A stretch of 64,000 bases of DNA. It comes from an uncultured Gammaproteobacteria bacterium. GTDB taxonomy: Bacteria > Patescibacteriota > Microgenomatia > Levybacterales > UBA12049. Position numbers and translations under genes: made by a program. The notes under the pieces are model-generated. The model did no database searches and was not told where the DNA came from. It saw only the letters and a list, made by a program, of their open reading frames with translations. Where the stretch lies: assembly GCA_964610465.1 (NCBI GenBank), contig CAZSWA010000004.1, positions 8,365 to 72,364 on the forward strand, given 5' to 3'. Shown here in pieces: positions 9,816-18,580 of the stretch; the stretch's first letter is position 1, and each line of letters starts with the position of its first letter.

Positions 9816-12800
9816 GCTTTCTCAGCCTCCATAAAGATAAGATTTTTGAGTAATTCCTGTTGAGCCTGTCCTCTTACTGTATTTTCTATAATGGTTGCAA
9901 ATAAGGTTGCACTTTCATCCCAATCAAAATTCTTCGACCAGACAAATGCATTTCTGGAAAGTGTTTGCAGGTAAAATGAGTCATTGATAAGAAACTGCAT
10001 CGCACTGGTAAAATCTTTAATACTATGAGGCTTGACCAAAATTCCTGTTTTTCCATCCAGTACTGAATCAGATAATCCATTTACTTTTGATGCAATTACC
10101 GGTGTACCTGAAGCATTCGCCTCAATTACCGTAATACCCCAACCTTCAACTTCAGACGGTTGTAAAACTGCCCAGCTTTCGGAAAGAAGTGATGCTTTTT
10201 TCTTTTCATTTACTTTTCCCAGGAAATTTACTTGTTTTTGTATACCCAATTTTTTTACCAGTCTGGTAAGGCTTTTTAATGAATCTCCTTCGCCTGCTAT
10301 GGTAAGTCGCGCAGCTGGAACTGTTTTAAGAAGAAGTGAGAAAGCATTTATAGCAATATCAATATTTTTATAGGGTTTAAGTCTTCCTAAGTAGGCAAAT
10401 GATGGGTAAGGTGTCTTTTGTCCTGGTGTAAATCGTTGAGAATTTATCCCGTTGTAGATTATCTGAATTTGTTGTGAACTTGAAAAGCCCAGTTTATAGA
10501 TTTCCTTTCTTGATGACTCAGACACTGTAATAATGCTTTTATTTTTATACAGAAATGGCATACACTTAGCTTCAAGAAATTCAGCAACCTGAGCCAGCGG
10601 AAATGACAGATACCTTCTAAATACTTCCTGATGCACATGATGCACTACAAGAAATACAGGTTTTTTTACATATAAAGGACTGAAAAAAGGAATTCCATTC
10701 TCACAATCTATTACCACATCAGTTTTTTGCTTGAAGAAAAGAAGGTAATAAATAAATGCCCATATATATACAGTATATGTACCGCCCCTACGGATAATCT
10801 TCACACCATCTATAATCTGATTTCGAGGATTTTCTCCATCATTTCCGCAAAATACAGTTACACTATTACCTTCTTTAACCCATCGTTTGGCAAGTTCGTG
10901 AATATATACTTCAGCTCCTCCAGCCCAGGTATGTTTGATATCTCGCCAATTAAGAATAAGAACTCCAAGCCTTTTGTCGTGTTTGGGTTTACCTGGCTGA
11001 CTTCCTTTAAAACTTAAAAGATCAGCAAGATTAACTTCTACTACTTTCACAAAACGATAGTTAAGGTGCAAAAGCAACATAATTGCCAGATTTAATATCC
11101 CGGTCCATACCATTGCATTGACAATTGCCTGTATATTTGTATGATTTATTTGGATAAGCACGAATTGTAATCCTATCAAAAGGAAAGATGATATAGTTGA
11201 GGTATATGATTTCAAAGAAAGATAGTAAGATACATATACCCGTGAGATAGTAAAACACATGATAGAAAAAGAAAAAAGAGTAATATAAGAAATGATAATT
11301 GCTGCCTTTCCACCAAAAATTATTGGAAGTGTTTGATAACCGAAGACACCAAATACCAGAAATCCAATAAAGCTTAAGGAAAACGTTGCAGCCAATAAGA
11401 TGTAGAGTGTTTTTGTAGAATCTTTTTTGCCTCCTTCATTGCGACTTACAAGTGGTATGACAAACTGAGTAGAAAGACCTCCTAAGAAAAATACCATTTT
11501 GCCAACTAGTGAAATAAGCGCATATTTCCCTGCATCCTCTGCGGATAGATAATGTTTTGCAAGCATAATATCTAAACTCATAAACGCTAAAGTAGAAAGA
11601 CCTGACAATATGGAAGCAAGGAAATAATTATTAGGAAACTTTTTTACTTCCTGCTCATATTCTTTTTTAAGAATCGGGACTTGTTTTCTGCCTACAAGCA
11701 AAAAACTGAGAACAAATGCTAAGACAAAAGAAAGCGGAATAGAAATATACACTAACTCCGGAAGATTCAATTTAACAAATACAAACGCACTAATAAATTT
11801 GATAAAAGGTTCAAAAATAGTAAGGAGTGCGAGAGTTCCAAACATAAATTTTCCATAGAGATAACCCTTATCAACTGAAAATGCAAATCCAATAATCCAT
11901 ACAAAAACAAAAATGACAAAAGGTATAATGCTGTCTGACTTAAAATATTTTACAAGAAACGGTGAGGCACATAACCATAATGCAGAGATTATCAACGCAA
12001 AGTAGAATGAATTTTTGCGAATATGTTTCCAGAAATAAAATGCTGATATTTCTCCGTATTGTCCATCTAAAAATGCGCTCTTATAATTTACCGTTGAGTT
12101 AAGTGCTGCAAAGGGAATATTAGAAATAAATAAAAGGCTTGAAATAAGACTTATGAAACCAAAGTCAGCCAAATCTACTTCCTTGCCAACATATAAATTG
12201 AAGGCGAGATTGAGAACATTTGCTCCAAAACTTGCGACAACAAGAATTCCAGCTGAAAAAAGACCATTTTTAACTGCATTCTTAAAATTCAATTTTTGAT
12301 ATATTCCTGAAAAATCAGGGATAACTGAAGGAACTGGACGTGGCGGCATAAATGGTTTTTGTTGTTCTTTGAGTTTTGATTGCTGAGTCCTTTTTATTTC
12401 CGGTTTTGTCTTAAGATGAAGTCCATGTACTGTTTTCTCCCAATAATGAGGTTTAAAAAGCAGCTGTTGTATCGCAACAAGCGCCGCAATACTCATAAGA
12501 AGCCAATAGAACGGGATAAGTAGTGAATATTTCACCAGTGACCATTGATTTCTTTTGGCACAGCCAATCATGTAGTAATAAAGAAAAAGAAAATTTCCAA
12601 AGACAAAGGCAAAAATTGCCAGATAAAAATAAGGAACAAGGTACAGCGATTCAATGGTTGGTCCAAATATAGGATAAAATCCAAAATACAAAATAGTAAC
12701 AAGCCATAAGAAAGGATTTATCAGAAGAAACGCGAGCTTTCCACCTACAGTCATTTGGAAAATAAGCTCGTGATGCAACCCTTTTTTCCTGATAAATGTC

Positions 12801-14638
12801 CAGGAATTTCTCATATTCACAAGGTACGTCTGCATATAGCCTTTTATCCAGCGTGAACGCTGTCTTAACCAATTAGGAACTTTACTATTCGCTTCCTCAA
12901 GAGTGGTAGAGTCAATAACTGCCGTTTTATACCCTTGCTGGAATAAGCGGGTACCCAAATCCGCATCTTCTGTTACATTAAAAGGATCCCAACCTTGAAG
13001 TTCACGAAGATTTTTTGTTTTGAAATGATTACTTGTCCCGCCAAGAGGTAAGGCAGAATTAAGCGATTGAAGTCCTGTAAGCGTCAAATCAAACCACAAT
13101 GAGTATTCAGCGGTAAAAAAACGGGTAAGGAGATTCTGAGTTGGATTGTAGTAATTGAGCTTTGCCTGCATGCATTTCACATCACCTGGTGCCTTCTGGA
13201 AAGCAATATAGGCTTTCTTAAGTTGAAGTGGATCAGGCATGTCTTCTGCATCATAAATTACAAGATAATCACCTTTGGCAATTGCCAAACCATAATTACA
13301 GGCTTTAGGTTTTGTCTTTGGAGCTGAATTAGGTACTATTACTTTTCTAAAGTAGAAAGGTAATTTCATCTTCTTTATCGTATCTATGGTTTCAATATCA
13401 TCTTCTTCAAGAAGGAGTATTACATCAAGCTTGTTTTTAGGCCAGTCCAGCCTTGAGATAGCTTCAATAAATTGAGGTACTACATGTGCTTCTTTATACA
13501 AAGGACAAAGTATAGAGTAGATAGGAAGTGCAATTTCTGCAATCTCTGCAATTTCCTTATCCTCAAATATAATTTCAGCTGGTTTTCGAAGGCTCCGTAA
13601 GACAACGAATAAGTTAAAAACCGTATCAATAAAATAAATGATACTTAAGACTGAAACAACAATTCGAAGTGTATCAAGTGTATCTGCAATGAACCCTGCA
13701 ATAACTGTAAGAATAATCGTCAGAAGTCCAAGCTGCTGCCAGAAGTTCATTGTTTGAAGCGCAGAAAGATGAAGAGGCAGTGTAGTATGAGTAATATATT
13801 TCTTTTTTTTATAGCCAATACCTGCTCCTTGCATTGAGCTGTATTGTTTAGGTGGCACAATCATAGGAGGCATTTTTTTCATTTTGAGTCGCATAGCATT
13901 TGTTCCTATTTCAAGTGAACTTCTTGTGACGGACACCTTTGAATCCCCATATGCACGCGGAGCAAATACGATATCATAATTAGCAAGGGTAAAACCGGCT
14001 TGACGAGCCCTATGGAGAAATTCAAGATCAAAAGTCCACGCAGATGTAGGCTTAAATTTTATCGTTTCATATACCTCTTTTGTAAATACTTTAAGACCCG
14101 CTTGAATATCATTGGTTAATCCAAACATCATCTTTCCAAAGAGATAACGGAATGCTCTACTGACTGTTCTTCGCACAAATGATTCTTTATTCTTCTCTCT
14201 ATTCGCAACAACCACATCACTTTCTTTTAGCATTTTTACCATGGGGAGAATAGCATTTGGAGGATACTGTAAATCACCATCAATCATAACGAGGATATTG
14301 CCTGTGGCTTTCTGAAATCCTTCAATAAGAGAGTATGCTTTGCCTTTTCTACCTATTTTTCTGTACACTCTGACAAATTTGAGTTTTTGCAGTTTCTTAA
14401 GAATGCTAAACGTTCCATCTGTTGAGTAATCATCAACATAAATTATTTCAAATTGTTTTCCAGTCTTATTAAGCGTCTTTACCAGTTCTTTATGTAAAGA
14501 TTTAATATTATCAGCCTCATTATACAAAGGCACAATAACGCTTATACTTTGGTTTTTTGTGAACACAGTTCTCATCTTTCTCTGTTTCAGGCAGGAATTA
14601 GTGAAGTCTACGATAGTTCTTAATTGGGGAGTATTCAT
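9812..14638 (-). CDS. Giant 1608-aa fusion: GT2 (DPM1-like) + TM + processive GT2 (D,D,D,QRSRW) + MOP/Wzx-like polysaccharide flippase TM domain + C-terminal GT4 (GT-B)
   Basis: 'VIVPLYNEADNI...YVDDYSTDGT...DGDLQYPP'; second GT2 'ILCPLYKEAHV...YDAEDMP...TEDADLG...QRSRWIKG'; ~14 TM flippase-like block; C-terminal 'EGWGITVIEANASGTPVIAS' GT4 motif; uninterrupted ORF. Confidence 0.75.
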   Translation of the reverse strand: MNTPQLRTIVDFTNSCLKQRKMRTVFTKNQSISVIVPLYNEADNIKSLHKELVKTLNKTGKQFEIIYVDDYSTDGTFSILKKLQKLKFVRVYRKIGRKGKAYSLIEGFQKATGNILVMIDGDLQYPPNAILPMVKMLKESDVVVANREKNKESFVRRTVSRAFRYLFGKMMFGLTNDIQAGLKVFTKEVYETIKFKPTSAWTFDLEFLHRARQAGFTLANYDIVFAPRAYGDSKVSVTRSSLEIGTNAMRLKMKKMPPMIVPPKQYSSMQGAGIGYKKKKYITHTTLPLHLSALQTMNFWQQLGLLTIILTVIAGFIADTLDTLRIVVSVLSIIYFIDTVFNLFVVLRSLRKPAEIIFEDKEIAEIAEIALPIYSILCPLYKEAHVVPQFIEAISRLDWPKNKLDVILLLEEDDIETIDTIKKMKLPFYFRKVIVPNSAPKTKPKACNYGLAIAKGDYLVIYDAEDMPDPLQLKKAYIAFQKAPGDVKCMQAKLNYYNPTQNLLTRFFTAEYSLWFDLTLTGLQSLNSALPLGGTSNHFKTKNLRELQGWDPFNVTEDADLGTRLFQQGYKTAVIDSTTLEEANSKVPNWLRQRSRWIKGYMQTYLVNMRNSWTFIRKKGLHHELIFQMTVGGKLAFLLINPFLWLVTILYFGFYPIFGPTIESLYLVPYFYLAIFAFVFGNFLFLYYYMIGCAKRNQWSLVKYSLLIPFYWLLMSIAALVAIQQLLFKPHYWEKTVHGLHLKTKPEIKRTQQSKLKEQQKPFMPPRPVPSVIPDFSGIYQKLNFKNAVKNGLFSAGILVVASFGANVLNLAFNLYVGKEVDLADFGFISLISSLLFISNIPFAALNSTVNYKSAFLDGQYGEISAFYFWKHIRKNSFYFALIISALWLCASPFLVKYFKSDSIIPFVIFVFVWIIGFAFSVDKGYLYGKFMFGTLALLTIFEPFIKFISAFVFVKLNLPELVYISIPLSFVLAFVLSFLLVGRKQVPILKKEYEQEVKKFPNNYFLASILSGLSTLAFMSLDIMLAKHYLSAEDAGKYALISLVGKMVFFLGGLSTQFVIPLVSRNEGGKKDSTKTLYILLAATFSLSFIGFLVFGVFGYQTLPIIFGGKAAIIISYITLFSFSIMCFTISRVYVSYYLSLKSYTSTISSFLLIGLQFVLIQINHTNIQAIVNAMVWTGILNLAIMLLLHLNYRFVKVVEVNLADLLSFKGSQPGKPKHDKRLGVLILNWRDIKHTWAGGAEVYIHELAKRWVKEGNSVTVFCGNDGENPRNQIIDGVKIIRRGGTYTVYIWAFIYYLLFFKQKTDVVIDCENGIPFFSPLYVKKPVFLVVHHVHQEVFRRYLSFPLAQVAEFLEAKCMPFLYKNKSIITVSESSRKEIYKLGFSSSQQIQIIYNGINSQRFTPGQKTPYPSFAYLGRLKPYKNIDIAINAFSLLLKTVPAARLTIAGEGDSLKSLTRLVKKLGIQKQVNFLGKVNEKKKASLLSESWAVLQPSEVEGWGITVIEANASGTPVIASKVNGLSDSVLDGKTGILVKPHSIKDFTSAMQFLINDSFYLQTLSRNAFVWSKNFDWDESATLFATIIENTVRGQAQQELLKNLIFMEAEKA

Positions 14639-14983
14639 AACAGTTTTATTCCAAAACTCATAACTCCCGCATCGTAGAGCTCTTTTCCAATTTTTAAGTT
14701 AAATTTATGTAATAAAAAGTAAAGAAATGGGCAGACAATCTAGAGAATAGACAGGTATCTTACTCCTGTCATTATATATTTATATATAGGCTTAATAAAA
14801 AAGGGGCAGCTTTTACATAATTTTTAAGCCAAATATTATATATAACAGAGCTGGAGCCAAAAGTCAACTATTTGTTATAGAGAAGCTGAGGTTTTCATTT
14901 ATCCCGGTTTGTTTAATATATTATTAGAGGATATAATTCCAGACGCATTCTCTACAAAATTTTGAAGTCTTTGTTTTGCACTA

Positions 14984-16027
14984 TTACCCTTTTGAAGCCA
15001 GTTTATAGTAGCTGGTTTTTGTTTTTCCAAATTTCCTGAGCATTCCTTTTGATACAAGAGATGAGAGAAGTGCATGAGCTTGCTGTCTGCTTACCTTAAA
15101 GGACTCTTCAATATCTGAAGATTTTACTGCCTTTTTATCTATCACAATCTGGAGTACTTCTTCTTCTCTTGGGGTTACCAGTACTCGCTTTTCTCCTTCA
15201 AACTCATCAAGCATAAACCTACGGAGTTCATCAATTCTCCCAATAGCAGACTGCAATGAACTTGCAATTCCTTCCAGGAAATACTCAAGCCATACGGTAT
15301 TTTCACCCGTATCTGCAGTATGCAGCATATCAGAATAGGTAAGTCTATCTACATCATAATAGTCATCAAGAATAAAGTACTTTGAAACTTCATAATGCTC
15401 ACGCAAAAGATAATAGGTAGTAAGAAGTCTTGCCAGTCTTCCGTTTCCATCAAAGAACGGATGGATATAGGCAAATTGATGATGCAGTATCCCTGTTTTC
15501 AGCATAGGATGAAGTTCTTTCTCAGTTGTAAGCCATGTATAAAGCTCAGTTAGTGCTTCTTTTATCTCTTTGGCAGTATGAAAAGGAGGATTGTGTTTGA
15601 CCACATATTCACCGCTTTCTTTATGTCCCACAAAAACAGGACCATCACGCACTGTCCCTAAGTCTTTATGTTCTATACCCTCCATAAGACGATGATGTAG
15701 CTTTTCTGTAAGCTCTACGGTTATAGGTACCTGTTCACGTGCCATATTGGTTAGTGAAGTAAGAACTAGAAAGTAATTTTTAACTTCCCGCTCAGATTTT
15801 GTAGTAGGTATTCTATCTCCTAGAATCACGTTTGTGACATCTTGAGGAGAAAGGGGATTCCCTTCAATACTGGTTGAGTAATGAGTTGCCAGTATCTGGT
15901 TTTCCTGAAAAAGTCGGAGGGTAAGAGAAGGGATGAGTTTTTCTGACTGAATTTGACCGTACAATCTTTCTATTGTACCCAAGGTGTTGAGTATACGGAA
16001 TGTAAGCTTAAATTGAGGCTGAAACAT
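14984..16027 (-). CDS. fic: Fic/Doc family protein (AMPylator-type) with N-terminal inhibitory motif and C-terminal wHTH
   Basis: Canonical 'HPFFDGNGRLARLL' Fic motif; N-terminal 'STSIEGN' = [ST]xxxE[GN] auto-inhibitory helix motif. Confidence 0.85.
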   Translation of the reverse strand: MFQPQFKLTFRILNTLGTIERLYGQIQSEKLIPSLTLRLFQENQILATHYSTSIEGNPLSPQDVTNVILGDRIPTTKSEREVKNYFLVLTSLTNMAREQVPITVELTEKLHHRLMEGIEHKDLGTVRDGPVFVGHKESGEYVVKHNPPFHTAKEIKEALTELYTWLTTEKELHPMLKTGILHHQFAYIHPFFDGNGRLARLLTTYYLLREHYEVSKYFILDDYYDVDRLTYSDMLHTADTGENTVWLEYFLEGIASSLQSAIGRIDELRRFMLDEFEGEKRVLVTPREEEVLQIVIDKKAVKSSDIEESFKVSRQQAHALLSSLVSKGMLRKFGKTKTSYYKLASKG

Positions 16028-16050
16028 AGAGTAATTCTACCATAAACCGG

Positions 16051-16125
16051 TTTATTTGTCAATATATTTGTAAATATAATTGTAAGCTAAACATTTGTAA
16101 GGCTATTTGTAAGTTTATATGTAAA
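16051..16125. repeat. Six tandem ~12-bp repeats, consensus ATTTGTAAr (units start 16054, 16066, 16078, 16093, 16105, 16117)
   Basis: Read directly: atttgtcaa / atttgtaaa / aattgtaag / atttgtaag / atttgtaag / atatgtaaa with 12,12,15,12,12 bp spacing, immediately upstream of fic start (16027). Confidence 0.7.
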
Positions 16126-16127
16126 CA

Positions 16128-16355
16128 TCAGGGGAGAAGTATGCCTCTTATAAACTCACTTATCTTTGACCATGTACAGTTGATAACTGAGCTACAATCA
16201 ATCCTTACTCCTAAGACATTACTTACCTCATGCGTATTATTAACGATAACAAAAATGATAAAAAGCAAAAATAATGGAATTATAAGAATAAGTATTTGTT
16301 GGTAGGTAAACGCAGCTTCTTTCACTAATTGTTTTCTTCTTTTTTTCATGGGCAA
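16128..16355 (-). CDS. Small basic single-TM membrane protein (hypothetical); alternative + strand 53-aa ORF 16141-16302 with SD AGGGGAG is equally possible
   Basis: N-terminal KKRRK then hydrophobic helix; no clear RBS; ambiguous. Confidence 0.25.
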   Translation of the reverse strand: MPMKKRRKQLVKEAAFTYQQILILIIPLFLLFIIFVIVNNTHEVSNVLGVRIDCSSVINCTWSKISEFIRGILLP

Positions 16356-16495
16356 CAGGTACTTATCCAGTATACAATAATTACTTCATTTATTGTCAAT
16401 TATTGAATAAGTTTCTATAAATACTATATCCTCTTGACAAAAATTTTTAAATTTCTCATTATAAATTTATAGTCAAAGAAAGGAGGTCGAAAAGT

Positions 16496-16657
16496 ATGGC
16501 AAAGAGAACTGCCCGTAGAGTACATCATACAAAAGCTCATCATCCTGTACATCACAGATTGCACAAACCTGTAAACAATGTAGTTGGTTATAGTATCATT
16601 TTTGCAGTAGCAGCAATTGTATTGGTAATGGTAATGAGTTTTGCAGGAGCCAACTAA
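16496..16657 (+). CDS. Small His-rich, C-terminally membrane-anchored protein (53 aa: MAKRTARRVHHTKAHHPVHHRLHKP...)
   Basis: Strong SD AAAGGAGG 7 nt upstream of ATG; below the 60-aa ORF-track cutoff; 7 His in first 25 residues then hydrophobic helix. Confidence 0.5.
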   Translation: MAKRTARRVHHTKAHHPVHHRLHKPVNNVVGYSIIFAVAAIVLVMVMSFAGAN

Positions 16658-17214
16658 GAAGAAATTGCCTGTGCAAAAATTAAAAGCCTTTTAAGTGAAG
16701 TGCCAATAGGAGTACATGTTTGGAGTATAAGTTGATTTTTGTTGGTCTGAATAAGATAACTTATTTCATTAGGCCATATTTCTTTTTTGTTAATAACTTT
16801 ATAAATATATTGTTTATTGTTGTAAGTGATATAGATTAAATCTGCTTTTGTTAACTCTCCTAAACGGAGGAAGATAGTGTTGTAATGTGTTGTTTCCCAG
16901 GGCATTCCTGACGAATGAGCAAAAAGGTAAATTGTACCTTCTTCACCAGGAAGGGATGTATTTTTTGCTTGTGCAACTCCTTTCATAAGTGCACTTCTAT
17001 ATATCGCTTCATTAAATGGATCTACATTAAGAATAATTGGAGCTTGAGCGTGAATTTTTGGAATAGTAATAAATGTTCCTTTAAGTGTTGAGATAGTACG
17101 AATTTGTGGAGGAAAAATATATATAAAGATAATTGGGTAAAGGATATAACCAAGGCTTAGAAGTGAAACAAGTATCATAATATTTCCAAGATAATAGAGA
17201 AATTTATTTTTCAT
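16654..17214 (-). CDS. Sortase (second copy), N-terminal TM anchor
   Basis: 'LILQTCTP' TLxTC active site, 'LFAHS' His, Arg near C-terminus; heads cluster of repeat surface proteins. Confidence 0.7.
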   Translation of the reverse strand: MKNKFLYYLGNIMILVSLLSLGYILYPIIFIYIFPPQIRTISTLKGTFITIPKIHAQAPIILNVDPFNEAIYRSALMKGVAQAKNTSLPGEEGTIYLFAHSSGMPWETTHYNTIFLRLGELTKADLIYITYNNKQYIYKVINKKEIWPNEISYLIQTNKNQLILQTCTPIGTSLKRLLIFAQAISS

Positions 17215-17333
17215 ATACGTATAAAGCGCATCATAATACGAAAAGGTGCGAAAAGCAAATACAATTCCATGAGGAGTTTTGCATTGTAAAAGGATTGCAT
17301 AATAAATAAACCTTACAAAGCTTTTTCGTTTCC

Positions 17334-17360
17334 ATAAAAAAAGCGGACCTTGGGTCCGCT
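17334..17360 (-). terminator. Rho-independent terminator (GCGGACC-CTTG-GGTCCGC + T7 on minus strand)
   Basis: Perfect GC-rich 7-bp stem followed by TTTTTTT on minus strand directly downstream of repeat-protein gene 17370..18500. Confidence 0.65.
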
Positions 17361-17369
17361 TCTACAAGA

Positions 17370-18500
17370 TTAGAAGTTAAATCCGGGAGAATTTCCGGAG
17401 CGTAGTCTTAGATAAGCGCCCAGAATAAACATTAATATATTGCCAAATATTGCAATAAGTAACCAGTTATTTCCAGTTGCAGGGAGGATATTTGATGCGG
17501 CTGCACCTAATACTTGTCCGGCAGCTGCCAATGCTGTTGCAGGTCCCGAACTGACTCCAGATGAACTGGGAGATGGAGCAGAAGTCGGTTGAGATGAAGA
17601 ACTTGTAGGAGGAACTTGTTGCTCTTGTTTTTGCTGACAGCAGGTGATTGTTACTGCGCTTACATTTATTGGACCATTCTCAATTGATGTATTTGCCAAG
17701 ATATTCCCCGTTATAATACTCACTGTTCCTACGTTTCCATTTGCATTATTTTCTCCGGTATTCAGTTTATAACTTATTTCGTTAAGGACGACATTTGCCA
17801 TATTATTGACAAGTACGTTTGTAAAATTATTCCCGTTTATATGTACGTCATTTGTAGAATCTGCGCCGTTCCCGGATATTTTTACATTGACATCTCCGTT
17901 GCTATTTTGGGGAACGGTAACATCTGAGACATTGATAGGACCGTTTTTTATATTGGTATTTACTGATATATCTCCAGTATGTATAGAAGTATTTCCGGTA
18001 TTATCATTTGCATTATTGCGCCCCGTGTTAAGATTACCACTAATATGATTGGTTATTTCTGCATTTTGAGTAACGCTTACATTAGTTTGTGAAGAATTAT
18101 TAACTGTTACACTATTATTTGAACCAGAACCATTGCCGCTTATTGTAGCATTAGTTGAGGGTGGAGTAGAACAACAGGAATTATTGACCGTTGAACTATT
18201 CGCATTATTACTTATATTTGTTGATGAGTTTGCATTGCCAGTTGCGATATTGGTACTTCCGTTTGTATTATTTGAAGCGGTATTGCTTCCTGTATTTGCC
18301 GAAGAACTTACTGTATTATTTACGTTTGCGTTATTTGATTGTTGTACAGTAGTTTGGGGAGCAGAAGAAACATTTGCAGTGCTACTTGAACCAGAACCAT
18401 TACCGGTAATACTTATATCATCGGCATGCACTTTTGGTACATAAAGAACGATAAAAAGTAAAAAGCTTGTGGTAATAAATGCTGTTTTTCTATATTTCAT
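17370..18500 (-). CDS. Secreted Asn/Thr/Ser-rich repeat surface protein with C-terminal LPATG sorting signal
   Basis: Signal peptide; two ~70-aa internal modules (...NTG(R/E)NNAN(D/G)N(T/V)G..SI.TG.I..NTSI.NGPINVS.VT...); Ser/Pro-rich linker; 'LPATGNNW' + TM + 'RLRSGN' tail. Confidence 0.7.
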   Translation of the reverse strand: MKYRKTAFITTSFLLFIVLYVPKVHADDISITGNGSGSSSTANVSSAPQTTVQQSNNANVNNTVSSSANTGSNTASNNTNGSTNIATGNANSSTNISNNANSSTVNNSCCSTPPSTNATISGNGSGSNNSVTVNNSSQTNVSVTQNAEITNHISGNLNTGRNNANDNTGNTSIHTGDISVNTNIKNGPINVSDVTVPQNSNGDVNVKISGNGADSTNDVHINGNNFTNVLVNNMANVVLNEISYKLNTGENNANGNVGTVSIITGNILANTSIENGPINVSAVTITCCQQKQEQQVPPTSSSSQPTSAPSPSSSGVSSGPATALAAAGQVLGAAASNILPATGNNWLLIAIFGNILMFILGAYLRLRSGNSPGFNF

Positions 18501-18580
18501 AATACAGTTTATAAAGTAAGTAATAAATTTATTCAGTAATACACCTTACAGTGAGGCAGTTAATGTAAGTATGTGACAGC

